64,000 nucleotides of DNA from assembly GCA_964234715.1 (NCBI GenBank), contig OZ174287.1; one strand, 5' to 3'. This stretch comes from Podarcis melisellensis (lineage: Eukaryota). This document shows, one piece after another, positions 16,536 through 28,683 of the stretch. A model generated the notes under the pieces. It was not told the origin of the DNA. It ran no database searches and worked only from the letters and a program-made list of their open reading frames with translations. The position numbers were made by a program, and so were the translations under genes. Each line of letters starts with the position of its first letter. Positions within the stretch are counted from its first letter, which is position 1.

Positions 16536-17931
16536 CTCGCTCAGGCTGCAGGGTTGAGGGGGGAGGAGGAGGAGGAGGAGGAGGAAGAGGAGGAGGGGGC
16601 CACACAGATGGGGAGGGTCAGCGGGGCTAGGATCCCTCCAGGCGCTCCCCTCGAGGAAGACTCATGGCATCCAAGGGGGCGAGGGGGGGATGGAGAGGGA
16701 AGGGGGGGATGGCGGTGGTGTGCGGGTTGGTCCCAAGCAGAGCTGCTGTGACAGACAGAGAGACAGAGCCAGGGGAGGGAGGGGGAGCAGGGAGCAGCTG
16801 TCAGCACAGTGCGGGAGGGAACTTAAAGAGACAGTGGCCTGTGGTGTGTGGAGGGACTGGCGGAGGAGAGGAGCGGGCGGAAGGAGGATGCTGCCAGGAT
16901 CAGCGCAGCCAGGAGCTCAGGGGGAAGCAGCGGCAGCAGAGCCCGGGAGGAGGAGGAAAGGGAAGAAGCGGGTGCTGATAGGAGGGAGGCAGGGAGAGGA
17001 TGCGGGTTGGGGCTGCTGGACTCTATAGGTGGATCCGAAGCGGGGAGAGGTTTGGGGTGGTGACTCAGAGCGGGAGGCTTGGGACAGGGAAGAGTGGCGG
17101 AAGGAGGGAGAGGAATCTGCCCATTCATCTCCTTAAAACCCTCACCGCAGCAGGGAGTCCCCTGGGTTTAGCCTCTGCCTCTTTTAAACTGGGAGAAGCT
17201 GGCTAAGAAGATTGGGGGTGGGGGAGGGGGAGGCATTCCCCCCCATTTGCGGCTAATCAGGCAGCAGAATTAACCCCCTGAGTGCCAGATCATCCTTTCC
17301 CCTATCTCTCCCTCCCTCCCTCGCTTAGCAGGAAGTCGTGCTCACAGGATGATTTAGGCTAATCCTATAATCCCAGCCTGGTTTGTGAGGAAGGATCAGG
17401 TCTCTGATGTGGGAAGTGGGAGGGTGTGGGGGGGGGGAAGAGCGAGGTAAAATGAAGGGGTGGGTGGGGGCAATTAACCCTTTCCGCTCCCAAAGCATTA
17501 GGGACTAATCCTCCAATAAAGCTCCACCTGCTGAGCAGGTGACCCTGATGTGACCTTTGATAGGTGGGTGGAAAGAGCCTGGCAAGTGCCTGTGGAACTA
17601 ATTAAAGCAATACTGACACCTTGTGCTGGACTATAGGAACTGCAGCAGGTGGGTTTCCCAAAGAACAGAGGTGACCTGGTTTTATGAATTGCTTTAACCC
17701 ATTTCTAAGGTGGGCCAAAGATATTATGTAGTCTTGAAGTGTGTGGGAGAAGATTACGTGCTCACCTACAGGAGCTGACTGGACTGGCAGCTGAATCTTG
17801 CTTTGAACTTCAGCATAGGACTGCCTCTCCACTATATCTGAAGGCAAGAGCACACAGGGCTCCGTCCTTCAACACCTCATCATTGCTCCATCCTTCCCAC
17901 CTTTCACTCCCATCTGATGAATGGTAGGGCC

Positions 17932-17932
<1 letters not shown>

Positions 17933-18010
<78 letters not shown>
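17933..18010. repeat. (CT)n(CA)n compound microsatellite
   Basis: Seen directly. Confidence 0.95.
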
Positions 18011-18012
<2 letters not shown>

Positions 18013-18045
18013 TAACAGAATCTGGGTGTCCAGGTAGTCTCTCAC

Positions 18046-19163
18046 TTGGCAGATACATAGACTGCATTGAGCTCCTCCATTTGCCCAAAGCGACGCAGAA
18101 ACCGATACACTGTGTAGAAGAAGCTAGGATAGGCGGCCAAACCCAGGAGAAAGAAATAGGGAAATTCTATCTGCAAAAACTGGGAGTGGGAGAGAATGTC
18201 AGAAATTAGATTAGTCTACTAACTAACAGAAGATTCTCCTCCAATAAAAAGTCAGCACATCACTCTGGTCAGCAAAGTACAACTATTCCGCTGATTATTT
18301 TGGTCATCCCCCCCCCCCTTACATATAAATTATTGGAGGAAAGTATTGTAGCAGCTGGTAGCCATCACAGCTAAGGCATGGTGCAACAAGGGAAGCTTAG
18401 GCTATGGAGTCCATGGTCTCCAAGGAACCACCTTCATTTGGAAATGTGCATTACTTCATTTGCCAACAATGCTGCGTTTAGGGGCCCTTCTACTTATTCT
18501 GCTGAGAGGGTCCCCCCAAAGTCCCACCCTGTTGGCATCAGTTGTAATGCGGACGTGGTTGCTCCACGGACAGAAGCAAGACACCTCTGCTAGCAGATGC
18601 CAAGAACAAAGGACAAGAGGGTCTCCCTGCTACACTCTGCTTGTGAACTTATTGGGCTGGATACAGGATGAAGGCTTGACAAGACCTTTGGCTCCATACA
18701 GGAAGGCAGTTCTTATTGTGCTCTCAGCCAGCCAGTTCATTGTGAGCAAAGTATACTTTCTGTTAAAATGAAGATTTTCACACTGCAACCCTAAAAACAT
18801 GACTGCCTAAGAAAGTAAGTCCCATGTACTTCGATGTGGCTTGCTCCCTGGTTACAGGATTGCAGCCTAAATTGACTTAATCAAAAGCAAGACTGGAGCA
18901 TAGTAAGAACTGCCTTGCTGGATTGGACCACAAAGTCCATCGATAACTCTTACATTCCAGAGCTTTTCAATTAATTGTGCCATTATTTCCTGGGTGGTCC
19001 TGTCCTTCCCCTTCTCCCCGCCCCACTCTCCACCATCTGCTGCTGGAGAAAACTGAATTTCCTTTGCTTCTGGAAGGGAGGAGCCTCTTCACTGGTACAG
19101 AAATCAATGAGGGACAAATGTGCACATATTTGACCTCAACCAACTCACCTGTTCCCATGCCAT
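18046..19163 (-). CDS. TLCD3B: Candidate alternative 5' coding exons of TLCD3B: 19163-19149 (MAWEQ) and 18170-18046
   Basis: 18170-18046 encodes IEFPYFFLLGLAAYPSFFYTVYRFLRRFGQMEELNAVYVSAK, alignable with canonical exon 1 (...WEEADAVIVSAR). It has the same 125-nt length and a phase-2 donor AA|GTGAGA, with a pyrimidine-rich acceptor. The upstream micro-exon has AGGATGG (strong Kozak) and a phase-0 donor CAG|GTGAGT. Confidence 0.7.
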
Positions 19164-19803
19164 CCTAGCAAAGACAGCAGTGGTCACAAATGACATCCCA
19201 ACCATCCACTGTCCTCCACATCTATGGAGGGTATTTCATGTTGGCAAGCGATCTTTCCCTAAGGGGCTAATGAAGATGTAATTGAAATCTCACAGCTGAA
19301 AAGGATTCTACTTCAACCACATATTATTTCTTGAATATATTATTGATTTAATTTGTATACCACCTTGCCTACCCAAGGTAAAGATAGGTTTTCACATTCC
19401 TCCTGAAAGTTACGGTAATAAAAATGGAAAATGGCACAGCTCACTAGGGATGGCATTCTACAACCCAAGTGATCAAATCGTCCTGGAACAAAGAACTGAG
19501 GTAACCAAGAGATGCATTTCCTAATAACTCATCCATGGCCTAGTGGCTAGAGCAGTGGTCCTCAAAAGGGTGTCACACGGGTTGGGCAGGAGAGGATGGC
19601 AAGTGTGGCAGGAAGATTCAAGGACAATCAATATTGTATCTGGGAGATGATTTGTGTTCTTATGTATTGTTTTATACATTCTGGATGTCCTATGATCATA
19701 TTATAAAGGAGGTGTGTTCTATGATGTAAATCAAGCACTGCTATTTTTTGTTTTGTTTTCCAATGTATTTCTTATCAATAAAAATCCAGTGTGATGCAAG
19801 CAA

Positions 19804-19838
<35 letters not shown>

Positions 19839-21198
19839 CAACTGAATTTATATACCTCCCTATACCTAGAGGTCTCAGAGCGGTTCATACTTTATTCTGA
19901 AAGTGTGTCCCAGAGAAAAAAGTTTGAGAACCACTGGGCTGGAGTGTTAGACTCAGACCATTCCCATTCCCTGATGAGGATCACTTAGGCTGGTCACAAT
20001 CTCTCAGCCTAATCCTACCTCACAGGGTTGTTGTAATGATGAAATGAAGGGAGGTTATGCCTGCCACTTTGAGCTCCTTAAATAAAGGTTTGGATGGAAA
20101 TGTAATAAAATAAAACATATATTTACTCCTGTGGGATAAACGCCACAACACAAACATACGAAAAAAAGAAAGCAGCATGTTTTATGCAAACACAGACACA
20201 ACCCAAAGCTGTGCACTTTCCAATGCCATTGATCTCAACAGTGCAACCCTGTGTGAAATAGCCACACTTTAGGTTTTCAAAAAGGCCTGGAAAACCCACT
20301 TGATCTCGGTGGCTCTTTCATATTACTCCATCCAGTTATTGTACTCCTTTTGGCTGATAGGTTTGTTAAGGTTGTGGCTATATTCAATAAAGCCACAATA
20401 TGGTATTTTATCTTTGTGCTATAATGAAGTGCACCTCTAGCGTATCTGAGGTATTCATCAGTATATTTTAGTGGCACACCTGGTGTTGCATCAGTGCAGC
20501 AAGGCTTCTGCCCTCTAACCCAGTGGTTCCCAAAATCGCCCTCCCACCACCACCACCACTTAGCCCTATGGGCCACATGAAAATTGGCAGACCGCTCTGC
20601 CTTTTGTAGCAATTTCAGTGTATTGCACTAGATGCTGTATGATTTTTAATTGTAATTTCAGACAAGCTGTAGACCACCAGAATGAAGTTTGTCTGGAGAC
20701 CACCATTTGGGAACTTCTTTAGGCCCCCAGCCAGCATAACTGAAGCACATAATTCTTTGGGGGGAGTCTGATATTTGAAGATTTGGGCTGCAGTCCAACT
20801 CTTGAGTGGGTTAATAATGGGCTAAGGAGGCTTTGCCACTGCTGAAATTCCTGCTGTCCTCGGTAACTAGGAAAAAGACACCCCAAATGGAGCATTAAGG
20901 GCACAGGGACAGGCAGAGCAAGGACAGCCAATGAACTGCTGGATATGGGATGGATTTGGTTCCCGTTGCTGTGCCAGCCGCTCCAGGGTCCCTGGGGCCA
21001 CATGGCCAGAGGTTAGGATTGCTCAGCTAGTACTTCTGAGTGAAATTTCAAATAGTAAATTTCAAAACATTGGGTATTTAAATGTTTTTTTTTTCTGATT
21101 AGCAACCACTTAGTAACAATGAGTAAGTAGTTCAGCGTGAAAACCTTTGGATAGGAACCCAAAAGGGAAGCTGTTAATATGCTGAAGTTTCAGCATTA

Positions 21199-21440
21199 CA
21201 GTGGTACCTCGGGTTACACACGCTGCAGGTTACATATGCTTCAGGTTACAGACTCCGCTAACCCAGAAATAGTACCTCGGGTTAAGAACTTTGTTTCAGG
21301 ATGAGAACAGAAATTGTGCTCCAGCGGCCCGGCGGCAGCGGGAGGCCCCATTAGCTAAAGTGGTGCTTCAGGTTAAAAACAGTTTCAGGTTAAGAATGGA
21401 CCTCCGGAGCAAATTAAGTACTTAACCCGAGGTACCACTG
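21199..21440 (+). mobile_element. Tc1/mariner-type MITE, same family as 1554-1768
   Basis: TA|CAGTGGTACCTCGGGTTA...TAACCCGAGGTACCACTG|TA. Confidence 0.88.
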
Positions 21441-21498
21441 TATATCTGGGGGGAAATGTCATATTTCCTACTACATAAATGAACCATAGGTGTCAATT

Positions 21499-21615
21499 TC
21501 ATAGAATGGCAAGAGACCAACGAAGGTCATCTAATCGAACCGCCTGCAATGCAGAAACCTTTTGCCCAATAGCCCTGAGATGAAGAGTCTGCTGCTCTAC
21601 CAAATGAGCCATCCA
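21499..21615 (-). mobile_element. Degenerate tRNA-Lys-derived SINE
   Basis: TCATAGAAT...GGTCATCTAAT...CCTGCAATGCAG...CCTGAGATGAAGAGTC..GCTCTACC. Confidence 0.6.
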
Positions 21616-21769
21616 GTGCGAAGAGTGAAAATCCATTTTTTTTACGAGAACGAGGCACCTAAATGACTAGCTTACCCACCTTCAGGAATATTAATGCAGC
21701 GACCTAAATATTTTCTTATGAAGGCAGATCTGCGTATATATTTAAATGACTCTTTCAGTTATTACATAT

Positions 21770-22450
21770 GCACCGCCATTCACCTGGGCGCATCTGAGTA
21801 ACTCTGCAGGTCCGCTCTCCTTCCCGCCCAGTCCTGGGGCTAATTAACGAGGGGTGATTAATACATTTAAATTATTGCAGCAAATGTCTGCGCAAACTCA
21901 AATCGCGGCCTGCCCTCGTCTCTCCTGCTCTCGCCGCGCATCTAACGTATTGCACGCAGCCCGCCCCACCCCGGGCCTAACTGCCCCTTCATATAGTTTG
22001 TGGTTTCCGTGGCAACAACGAACCGCCAACAGTAGCGGGGGCACGGGGAGGTGGAGGGGTGGGGTGGGGTGGAGCAGGAAAGGCGCTTTGCGCATGTGCA
22101 CAGAGCTGCAACCCGTCTTCGAGACAGATGCAGGAAAAGTGAAGAGGGGGCAACGCGGTTTTTTCCGAAGACGGGACTTCTTGGGTTCCCTTCTCTCTTT
22201 TTCTCTCCCTCCCACACCCCACCAGCACGTGGGGAGGGGGGAGCGTTGTCCATAGCAAACAAAGAAGATCGCAGCTCCGTAGCCGAGGCTCTACGTGGGA
22301 TCGGAGCCCCTTCCCCATTTCTCACCTCTGATTGTCATTTAGTGCGGGAAATGCGTTTAAAAATAAAAACCCTGGCAACGCCAATGTAGCCCATTAATCA
22401 TCCTCTTTCTTGCAGGCTGCGGTACTGCAGGAGGGAAAGAAAGAGCGCTT
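21770..22450. promoter_or_regulatory. Second CpG-rich promoter/enhancer-like segment with an RFX X-box
   Basis: High CpG density, GC boxes, X-box GTTTCCGTGGCAAC at 22003-22016, NRF1-like TGCGCATGTGCA near 22089, and minus-strand donor-like sites near 21676 and 22326. Confidence 0.5.
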
Positions 22451-22608
22451 TGCAACAGCCCTGCAGTGCAACCGCCCCGTGAAATGTTGTGTTGAGAGAA
22501 CAATAATCTGTATTGATTTGGGGCTTTGCTATTGTATATTGGGTTTCTATTTCTTTCGTAAGCTGCTATGGGTATTCACTTGGAAGAGCGGAGCAGAAGT
22601 ATCCTAAT

Positions 22609-22609
22609 A

Positions 22610-22661
<52 letters not shown>
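22609..22661. repeat. (ATT)n microsatellite (others at 6147-6173 and 19805-19838)
   Basis: Seen directly. Confidence 0.95.
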
Positions 22662-22664
<3 letters not shown>

Positions 22665-23099
22665 ATAACAGGAAGCTGTTCTGCAGCATCTGCTCTGGTT
22701 TCTAGTTCCAAACCCTCACGCAAAACACCCTTCAGACTGCAGGAAAGCCGAATCTGCTTAAATTGTACCCCGAGGCGAGGCCAAATCCTGTGCTCAGTTG
22801 CACGCAAAATCCTGGAGCTCCGTCGAATCGCATGCATGCAGATGGGTGGGTGTGCTGCACTTTGAAATGCTTAATTAAAACAATGAAAATAAATACGGAG
22901 CAGCTCCCGAATAATAGTACGATCTCCTATTTTTGCTGCTGTTTATGGGGCGTGGACACTCCACTTCTCTGTCACACCTAACACTAAAATCCTGCATCAA
23001 TTTCCCCCGTCATTTTCTATCAGCAGCGGCCTCTTTCTGTCCCGGAGGAGACCGAATATGACGCCCGAAGTAAACCCGCTGGCAGCCTCCGCGTTCAAG

Positions 23100-23760
23100 T
23101 CTTTTGTTTATAAATCTATAATCTTCCTATTGAGCGCATGCGCTGCGCCGCGGTAAACGGCGAAGAAAACCGAGCGAATCATCCGCGCATGCGCAGCTCG
23201 TGGAGTAACGACTGTCATGAACTTTAGAATATGATGCGCTTTCCGTTTTACCCCCACCCGGCCCCGCCCCGCCTCCTTCCCTCCAGCTTTCGGGGCCTGA
23301 TTGGTCGCTACAACGGGCCAATGCCGCGCTGCAGAACACTCCCGTTACTGGGTAGATTTCCTTCAATAGGTAGGACGAGTCTGTCTGGCGACGTTTCTGT
23401 GAGGACCGAGAGAAGAGTGGAGGAAAAGGCTGATGGTTTGGCGGGTTGCTTGTTAGGAATGAACTGGGACGACGTTTACTCGAATGCAGGAAATAAGGGA
23501 AATTCCCGGCCACGAGATTAGATGAAGGGCTTTGACTATTGCACCTCGAGCTGTTCTCATCCCCCCCCCCGCACCAAAATGGAAGAGGCCCACTCGCTTC
23601 CCCTCTCGCTGACGTCACTTCTGGCGCAGGCGCCGCATTTCCGTTGACGCCACTTTTTTCTTTCCTGTCTTATCTCTCGCCTCACTTCCGCGGAGGAAAA
23701 CAGCGGCCTTAAAAGAGTTTGGTCGCAGTGGGAGCCCGTAGCGGGCCGCGCGCGCAGGTG
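23100..23760. promoter_or_regulatory. CpG-island promoter, probably bidirectional (Cys-rich membrane protein gene on +; possibly the distal TLCD3B isoform on -)
   Basis: CpG-rich. NRF1 palindromes GCGCATGCGC at 23134-23143 and 23185-23194, GC box 23261-23270, inverted and direct CCAAT boxes at about 23300 and 23318, full CRE TGACGTCA 23610-23617, ETS CACTTCCG, and a splice donor at 23757|23758. Confidence 0.75.
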
Positions 23761-24590
23761 CGGTTTCCAGGGCGACCGAGGGACGCCTTGGTATATTTAC
23801 ATACTGCATGGCTTCCAAGTTGCTCAGAGCAGCGTCTCCCCCTCTCCCGTTTTATCCTCACAACAGCCCCGTGAGGTAGGCCAGGCTGAGAGACAACGGC
23901 TTGAGCTTCAGAGCCCAGTTTAGTCTCGGCCGCTCGCTCCACAATGCAGGAAGCCTGGGAAACGTATGAACGTGATACGAATAAAGCTGCACCGTGAATG
24001 ATAAACTATATTCATAAGGGAGTGGACATCAATGAGAAGAGCCTGGAGGTTCATCAACATTGGGAGGAGGAGGAAGGCCTGTTTCGTTTCCATTTGGTTA
24101 TGGAAAGAGGGAATTTTGAGGAAGGGATGCTCTGTACAGGGAGAGGGGAAGTAGGCTTGTGGGAGGGGGTTGTGGGGTCAGCTGTCAAAAGAGAAGACTG
24201 TCAAAACTGTCAAAATATTCGAGCTTCATTTCCAAAATAAAAATTTATTTATCCCAGTGACACTGAAACTTTAATACCATTCTACACATGTGTGTGTTAT
24301 AACAGCAACATAAGAGCTTTGGAGCCTGTTTGATCAGTCTCAATATGGTTGAGACCTCTTTGAAATCAGTAGTGTTCAGAGTTGATGTATATGCATGAAA
24401 GCTTCATGAAAAAGTGAGTTTTAACTCTGTTGTTCAGTAAATTCTGATCCTCTCTTTTGATCTAGCAGACTATAAGGAACAAGTGGAAGCATGGACTGTA
24501 ATAGCTTCAAGTTATTTTTCTCTTCCTCGGGGCTCTGAGCTATCCATGGAGCCTCCAGAGGTTGATGCCTAGTCCTTCCCCAACTGAGGA

Positions 24591-26468
24591 ATGGCAGTAA
24601 GTAGAGCATTCTTACTCTGTATTCACACTGCCCTTCACTTCACTTCTCAAAGTGCCCCATCTCTCCTCTCCCAGTTTGACATGTGATTGAACTAAATTTA
24701 ATAAATCTACTTAGGAATCAGTGAAGACTGATTTGAAAACCATGTGTTAAAATTCAAACATTTTGAGTTTGGCATATTGATTATTGTGGGATACTCTCCA
24801 TATAAGTTTTAGTATGTGATCCTCTGTGCCTCACAGATATTTGAAGGTTAGTACTGTTTAGTGAGTTTCTATCTCTGCAGCTGCTGCTGCCACCACCAAA
24901 TTAAGAGGAATCACCTAACTTCCAAACATGTACTAACCTATGTCAGAGAAGCCATACACTTGGTGTATATGCTTCTGGTCAGAGGTTAAACATTTCCTCT
25001 GCCAATTTTCTGACATTAAGAACTTTCCAATTTCCCAGAAGGTATTTCACGCTAAGTCAAAAGCTGTATTTCAGTGCTCAGCCATGTAATTCCTTTAATT
25101 GCTCTTCTTCCTCCTCACCACTCCATACTGTAAACGTCCCTTCTCCTTTGGCTTTCCTCCCCTTACAGACTCCATCGCTGAACCCTCCACCAGACCTCCC
25201 TTTTGCCACAACCTTATTCCTGCCTCTCCCTGCCATCGTTTTCTTGGTCGTTGGATCCTACTTAATACTCCTGGCCCTGGTCCTTGTCCTCCGACAGTGC
25301 CTGATGGTAACTTGGGGAAGGGATGGCAATAGTTGAAAGGGCAAACACATTTGGGGATTTTTATAGGTGTAGTAATGAGAATAGATCTATCTTTTCCATA
25401 GTGCATTACAGCATACCATATGACAGTGCATTATGGGAGCAGTAGTCCTTTGGAGAGCAAGTAGAAAGGGGAACAAATTCACATTGTTAATATTGTGCGG
25501 TTGGTGTTCTGACAATTTTGGATTACTTGCAATCAATTCTGTAACAAATCTTAGGAGCTCTAGCCTATAAGAGATAAAAGGAATTGCTTCTTAACTCAAG
25601 TTGTTTGGTGAACCAACCTGGTTTTCCTTCTCTTACCTCTTTGCAGGCCCGGGGTCTTTGTGCCAACTGCTGTTCCTGTGAAAAGCGGCCTTGGCCAAAC
25701 ATGTGCGAATGCTGTTTGACCTGTGCAGAATCATGTGACTGTGCCCTTCCTTCCCCAGCCCGCTGTATGGATCGCTACTGCACCTGTACTAATGTGAGTT
25801 TTCCCTCCGGATAATTGATCGGCTTTTTGGAAATATCTGAGACTAGTTCCCCCTGGGGCATTTGAATGCAGTGGTACCTCTGGTTACAAACTTAATTCGT
25901 TCGTTTTTTTACTAAAGCCCATACTTAAAATCATATGCTAACCAAAACAGTATATATAATTTGAAAGGAGAGGGACAGGCAAGAGGGATCCGTGTGGGAG
26001 GAGGAAAGATGAACAGGGTAGACAGACACTTACACTTTCTTTAGAGCTTGTCAGAGCTTCTCCAGGGAGGCTGTGGCCTACATGTTGAGAAACTTCAAAC
26101 TGTTCAGAGTGGGAAAATGTCAAAGGAACTTACCATGATATTCAGACCTATCCTTTGCTGGTATCTTATCTTCAGACAATGCCTATTTATTAATTTAAAA
26201 TATTTATACCCTGCCTTGCAACAGTCTTGTGGTAATCATTATTCAGTATTTCCCTGAGTCTCAAGTTTAGTGAAGGATGCTGTAACATCTTGATGCAGGT
26301 ATTTCCATAGGCTAACAGTGTACAATTTCTGTCTCTTGCCAGCAGGGCTGGGAACCAGGGGCTTGTTCCTTTCCTCGCTTGTGTCCACTCTGCGATTGTG
26401 CCTGCACATACCAGCCCCCAGACTGCCAGAACATCAATTGCATTTGCTTTGAGATCAAACTGCGATAA
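24591..26468 (+). CDS. Uncharacterised 138-aa single-pass transmembrane cysteine-rich protein (resembles human LOC112694756, upstream of ALDOA). Exons 24591-24596, 25169-25306, 25647-25793, 26343-26468
   Basis: Translation MATPSLNPPPDLPFATTLFLPLPAIVFLVVGSYLILLALVLVLRQCLMARGLCANCCSCEKRPWPNMCECCLTCAESCDCALPSPARCMDRYCTCTNQGWEPGACSFPRLCPLCDCACTYQPPDCQNINCICFEIKLR*. All introns are phase-0 GT-AG. AATAAA at 26730-26735; likely non-coding exon 1 ends at 23757. The motifs LP.PAIVF, CPLCDCACT and CFEIKLR match the recalled human protein. Confidence 0.88.
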
Positions 26469-26980
26469 AGAACTCAAAATAACAAAAAGATTATGTCTGT
26501 GATTTGGGAGTGTGGGAGGCTCTGGAAGTATTCATACAAGTGGTGGATCCTACAAGCGGTGGACAAGTAAAATGGGGAGTTAGTTGCTCAGCCTGACATA
26601 ATTAACTTGTCCTGATGCAAGAAGTTTTGAAACTGAGCTTTTTCTTTTTCATGTTGATTTTTCAAGTGCTTTTGTACTTTGTACTGCATGTTTGATATTA
26701 ATGTTTTTATATGAATTGCTGCATTTTATAATAAAGCAGGTTGAATATCACTTGTGTCTCTCTTTAATGAGAATGCAAATGGAGTCCATTTAATAGACAT
26801 TTGCTGCATGGAGAAGTTTATGAAAAAGTTTAGGTATTTTTTCTTGTTCACCAAAGTATGCAGTTGAATGTTGGAAGCTGGAAGATATGCAATGAGGATA
26901 TCATTGTCAGAAGATCTGTGTGAAATAAAAAATAATAATATAGTATCTTCCAGTAGGGGGAAAAAGGCTTTCCTCCCCGA

Positions 26981-27282
26981 TTACATTTAAAGCAGTATCA
27001 TGCCACTTTAGATAGTCATGACATTCCCCAAATAATCCTGGGAAATGCAGCTTGTTAAGGGTGCCGAGAGTTACTAGGAGGCTCCCTATTCCCTTCCCAG
27101 AGCTACAGAGTTTCTTGGGAAGAGGATTGACTGTTAAATCACTTTGTGTGGAGGGGAATAGATGTCTCCTAATAACTCACAGCTCCCTTAACATACTGCA
27201 GTTCCCAGGATTTTTTTTTTTGGGGGGGAGCCATGTTTAAAATGGTAGCATAGTGCTTTAAATGGATAGTGCAGATGGGGCC
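26981..27282. mobile_element. Fold-back (long inverted repeat) non-autonomous DNA element
   Basis: The left arm CATTTAAAGCA...ATCCTGGGAAATGCAG..TGTTAAGGG..GAGTTACTAGGAG is mirrored by CTCCTAATAACTC..CCCTTAACA..CTGCAGTTCCCAGGAT...TGCTTTAAATG. Confidence 0.7.
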
Positions 27283-28540
27283 TCAGTGATAGCCTCAAAT
27301 GACCAGTAGTCCCTCCAAGCCACAGAAAAGCATCTACAACGTGACAAACACCCTTGCCCCCTCTTAAGTGCACAAACACATGGTGAGGGACAGGCGTTTA
27401 ATTACCATTACAATTATCTGCATTCTGCCTTTCAGGATACAGATCAAGCTAGCTCACAAGAACTTTAATCACATTTAAAAATGCAATAACATTTCAATAA
27501 ACATAATAAATAACAAGATGAAAAAATCTTTTTAAATAATTCCAGTGGCACCTTTAAGATCAACTAAATATAAACTTTCAAGGTATGAGCTTTCGTGTGT
27601 AATATTTAGTTGAGTATGACAGATCAACATGGCTATCCACCTCAATGTAATTTCAATGAACAATATGAATATTTTTTAAAGTAATGAGCACAGCTGGAGA
27701 AGGCTCACATGCCTGTTTCTTATCTCCAGGATCCATTCCCACAGGACCAGTAATGGTAGATGTCCTGGAGAGGAAAACGCACCCAAATAGCTCTAGGCAG
27801 CTAGATGTAAAAACACAAACATTGGGATATGGCATATATTCTGGATGTGTCCTAAACTCAGAAAGTGCTGGGAAGAGATAAGAACAGAAATTGAAGAAAT
27901 AATGGGCTATACTTTACCCAAGGGTCCTCTAATTTTCCCATTTGGGTATGCTCAAGAAGCTCTTTTAATAGACAGGGAATGAAGACAACATCTCTTGATG
28001 GCTGCCATAATTATTATTTGTCAAAATTGGGGGAAACAGAGCATCTATGAGGGGAAAAATAATTAAAATATGGGACACAGTATGCATGGTTAAGCTCACA
28101 TGTGGTTAGAACCAGAGAGGGTAGATAGCAAGATAACAGATTTATGGAGAAATGGAGTCTTTGTAATGTACTGTAGCCATAAGGTACAGAATCATGTAGT
28201 TATTTAGAACTTTGATCTGTTATACTTATTTTCATATGGAAATTGGTTTTGCTATGTTCAGTTCTAGATACCCCTTATAGTTTTGTTTTCAGCATTTGTT
28301 ATATTTTGTTGTGTTCCACAAACATACACTAACAGCTCTACACAAACATGAAGGAGAATGAGCAAAGGAAAGTGTAAAAGGATCATGAAGAGATTGGGGA
28401 ATAGGGTTGTACCGGAAAGTCTGTGCCTAGCCCTGAAGATGTTCCTGGGAAGCTGACGTGCCCTGGCTGTCTGAAGAAACTAGTGTGTGCTACCTTTTGG
28501 TTCTGCAGACCTAGGGCCATCAAGGATAATGTATGGTTTC

Positions 28541-28683
28541 TTATAGAATCATAGAGTTGGAGGGGCCACAACGGCCATCTAGTCCAACCCCCTGCAATGC
28601 AGGAATCTTTTGCTCAATGTGGCACTTGAACCCACAATCCTGAGATTAAGAGACTCATGCTCTACTGACTGACCTATCCCAGC
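28541..28683 (-). mobile_element. tRNA-Lys-derived SINE
   Basis: Reverse complement of the 1890 family, with a (TTCTATGA)-type tail. Confidence 0.8.

Noticed and set aside
17766-17837. 72-nt exon-like segment on the minus strand within the TLCD3B region
   Set aside because: It introduces a stop in the phase needed to join the TLCD3B exons; at most a UTR or cryptic exon.
20719-21003. Minus-strand ORF containing LHLGCLFP, superficially like a TLCD3B alternative exon
   Set aside because: No similarity beyond a few residues and no suitable phase-2 donor.
27709-27764. Exon-like 56-nt segment on the minus strand (good acceptor, GTGAGC donor)
   Set aside because: No homology and no partner exons; the nearest strong donor (near 28818) lies within a small palindromic repeat.
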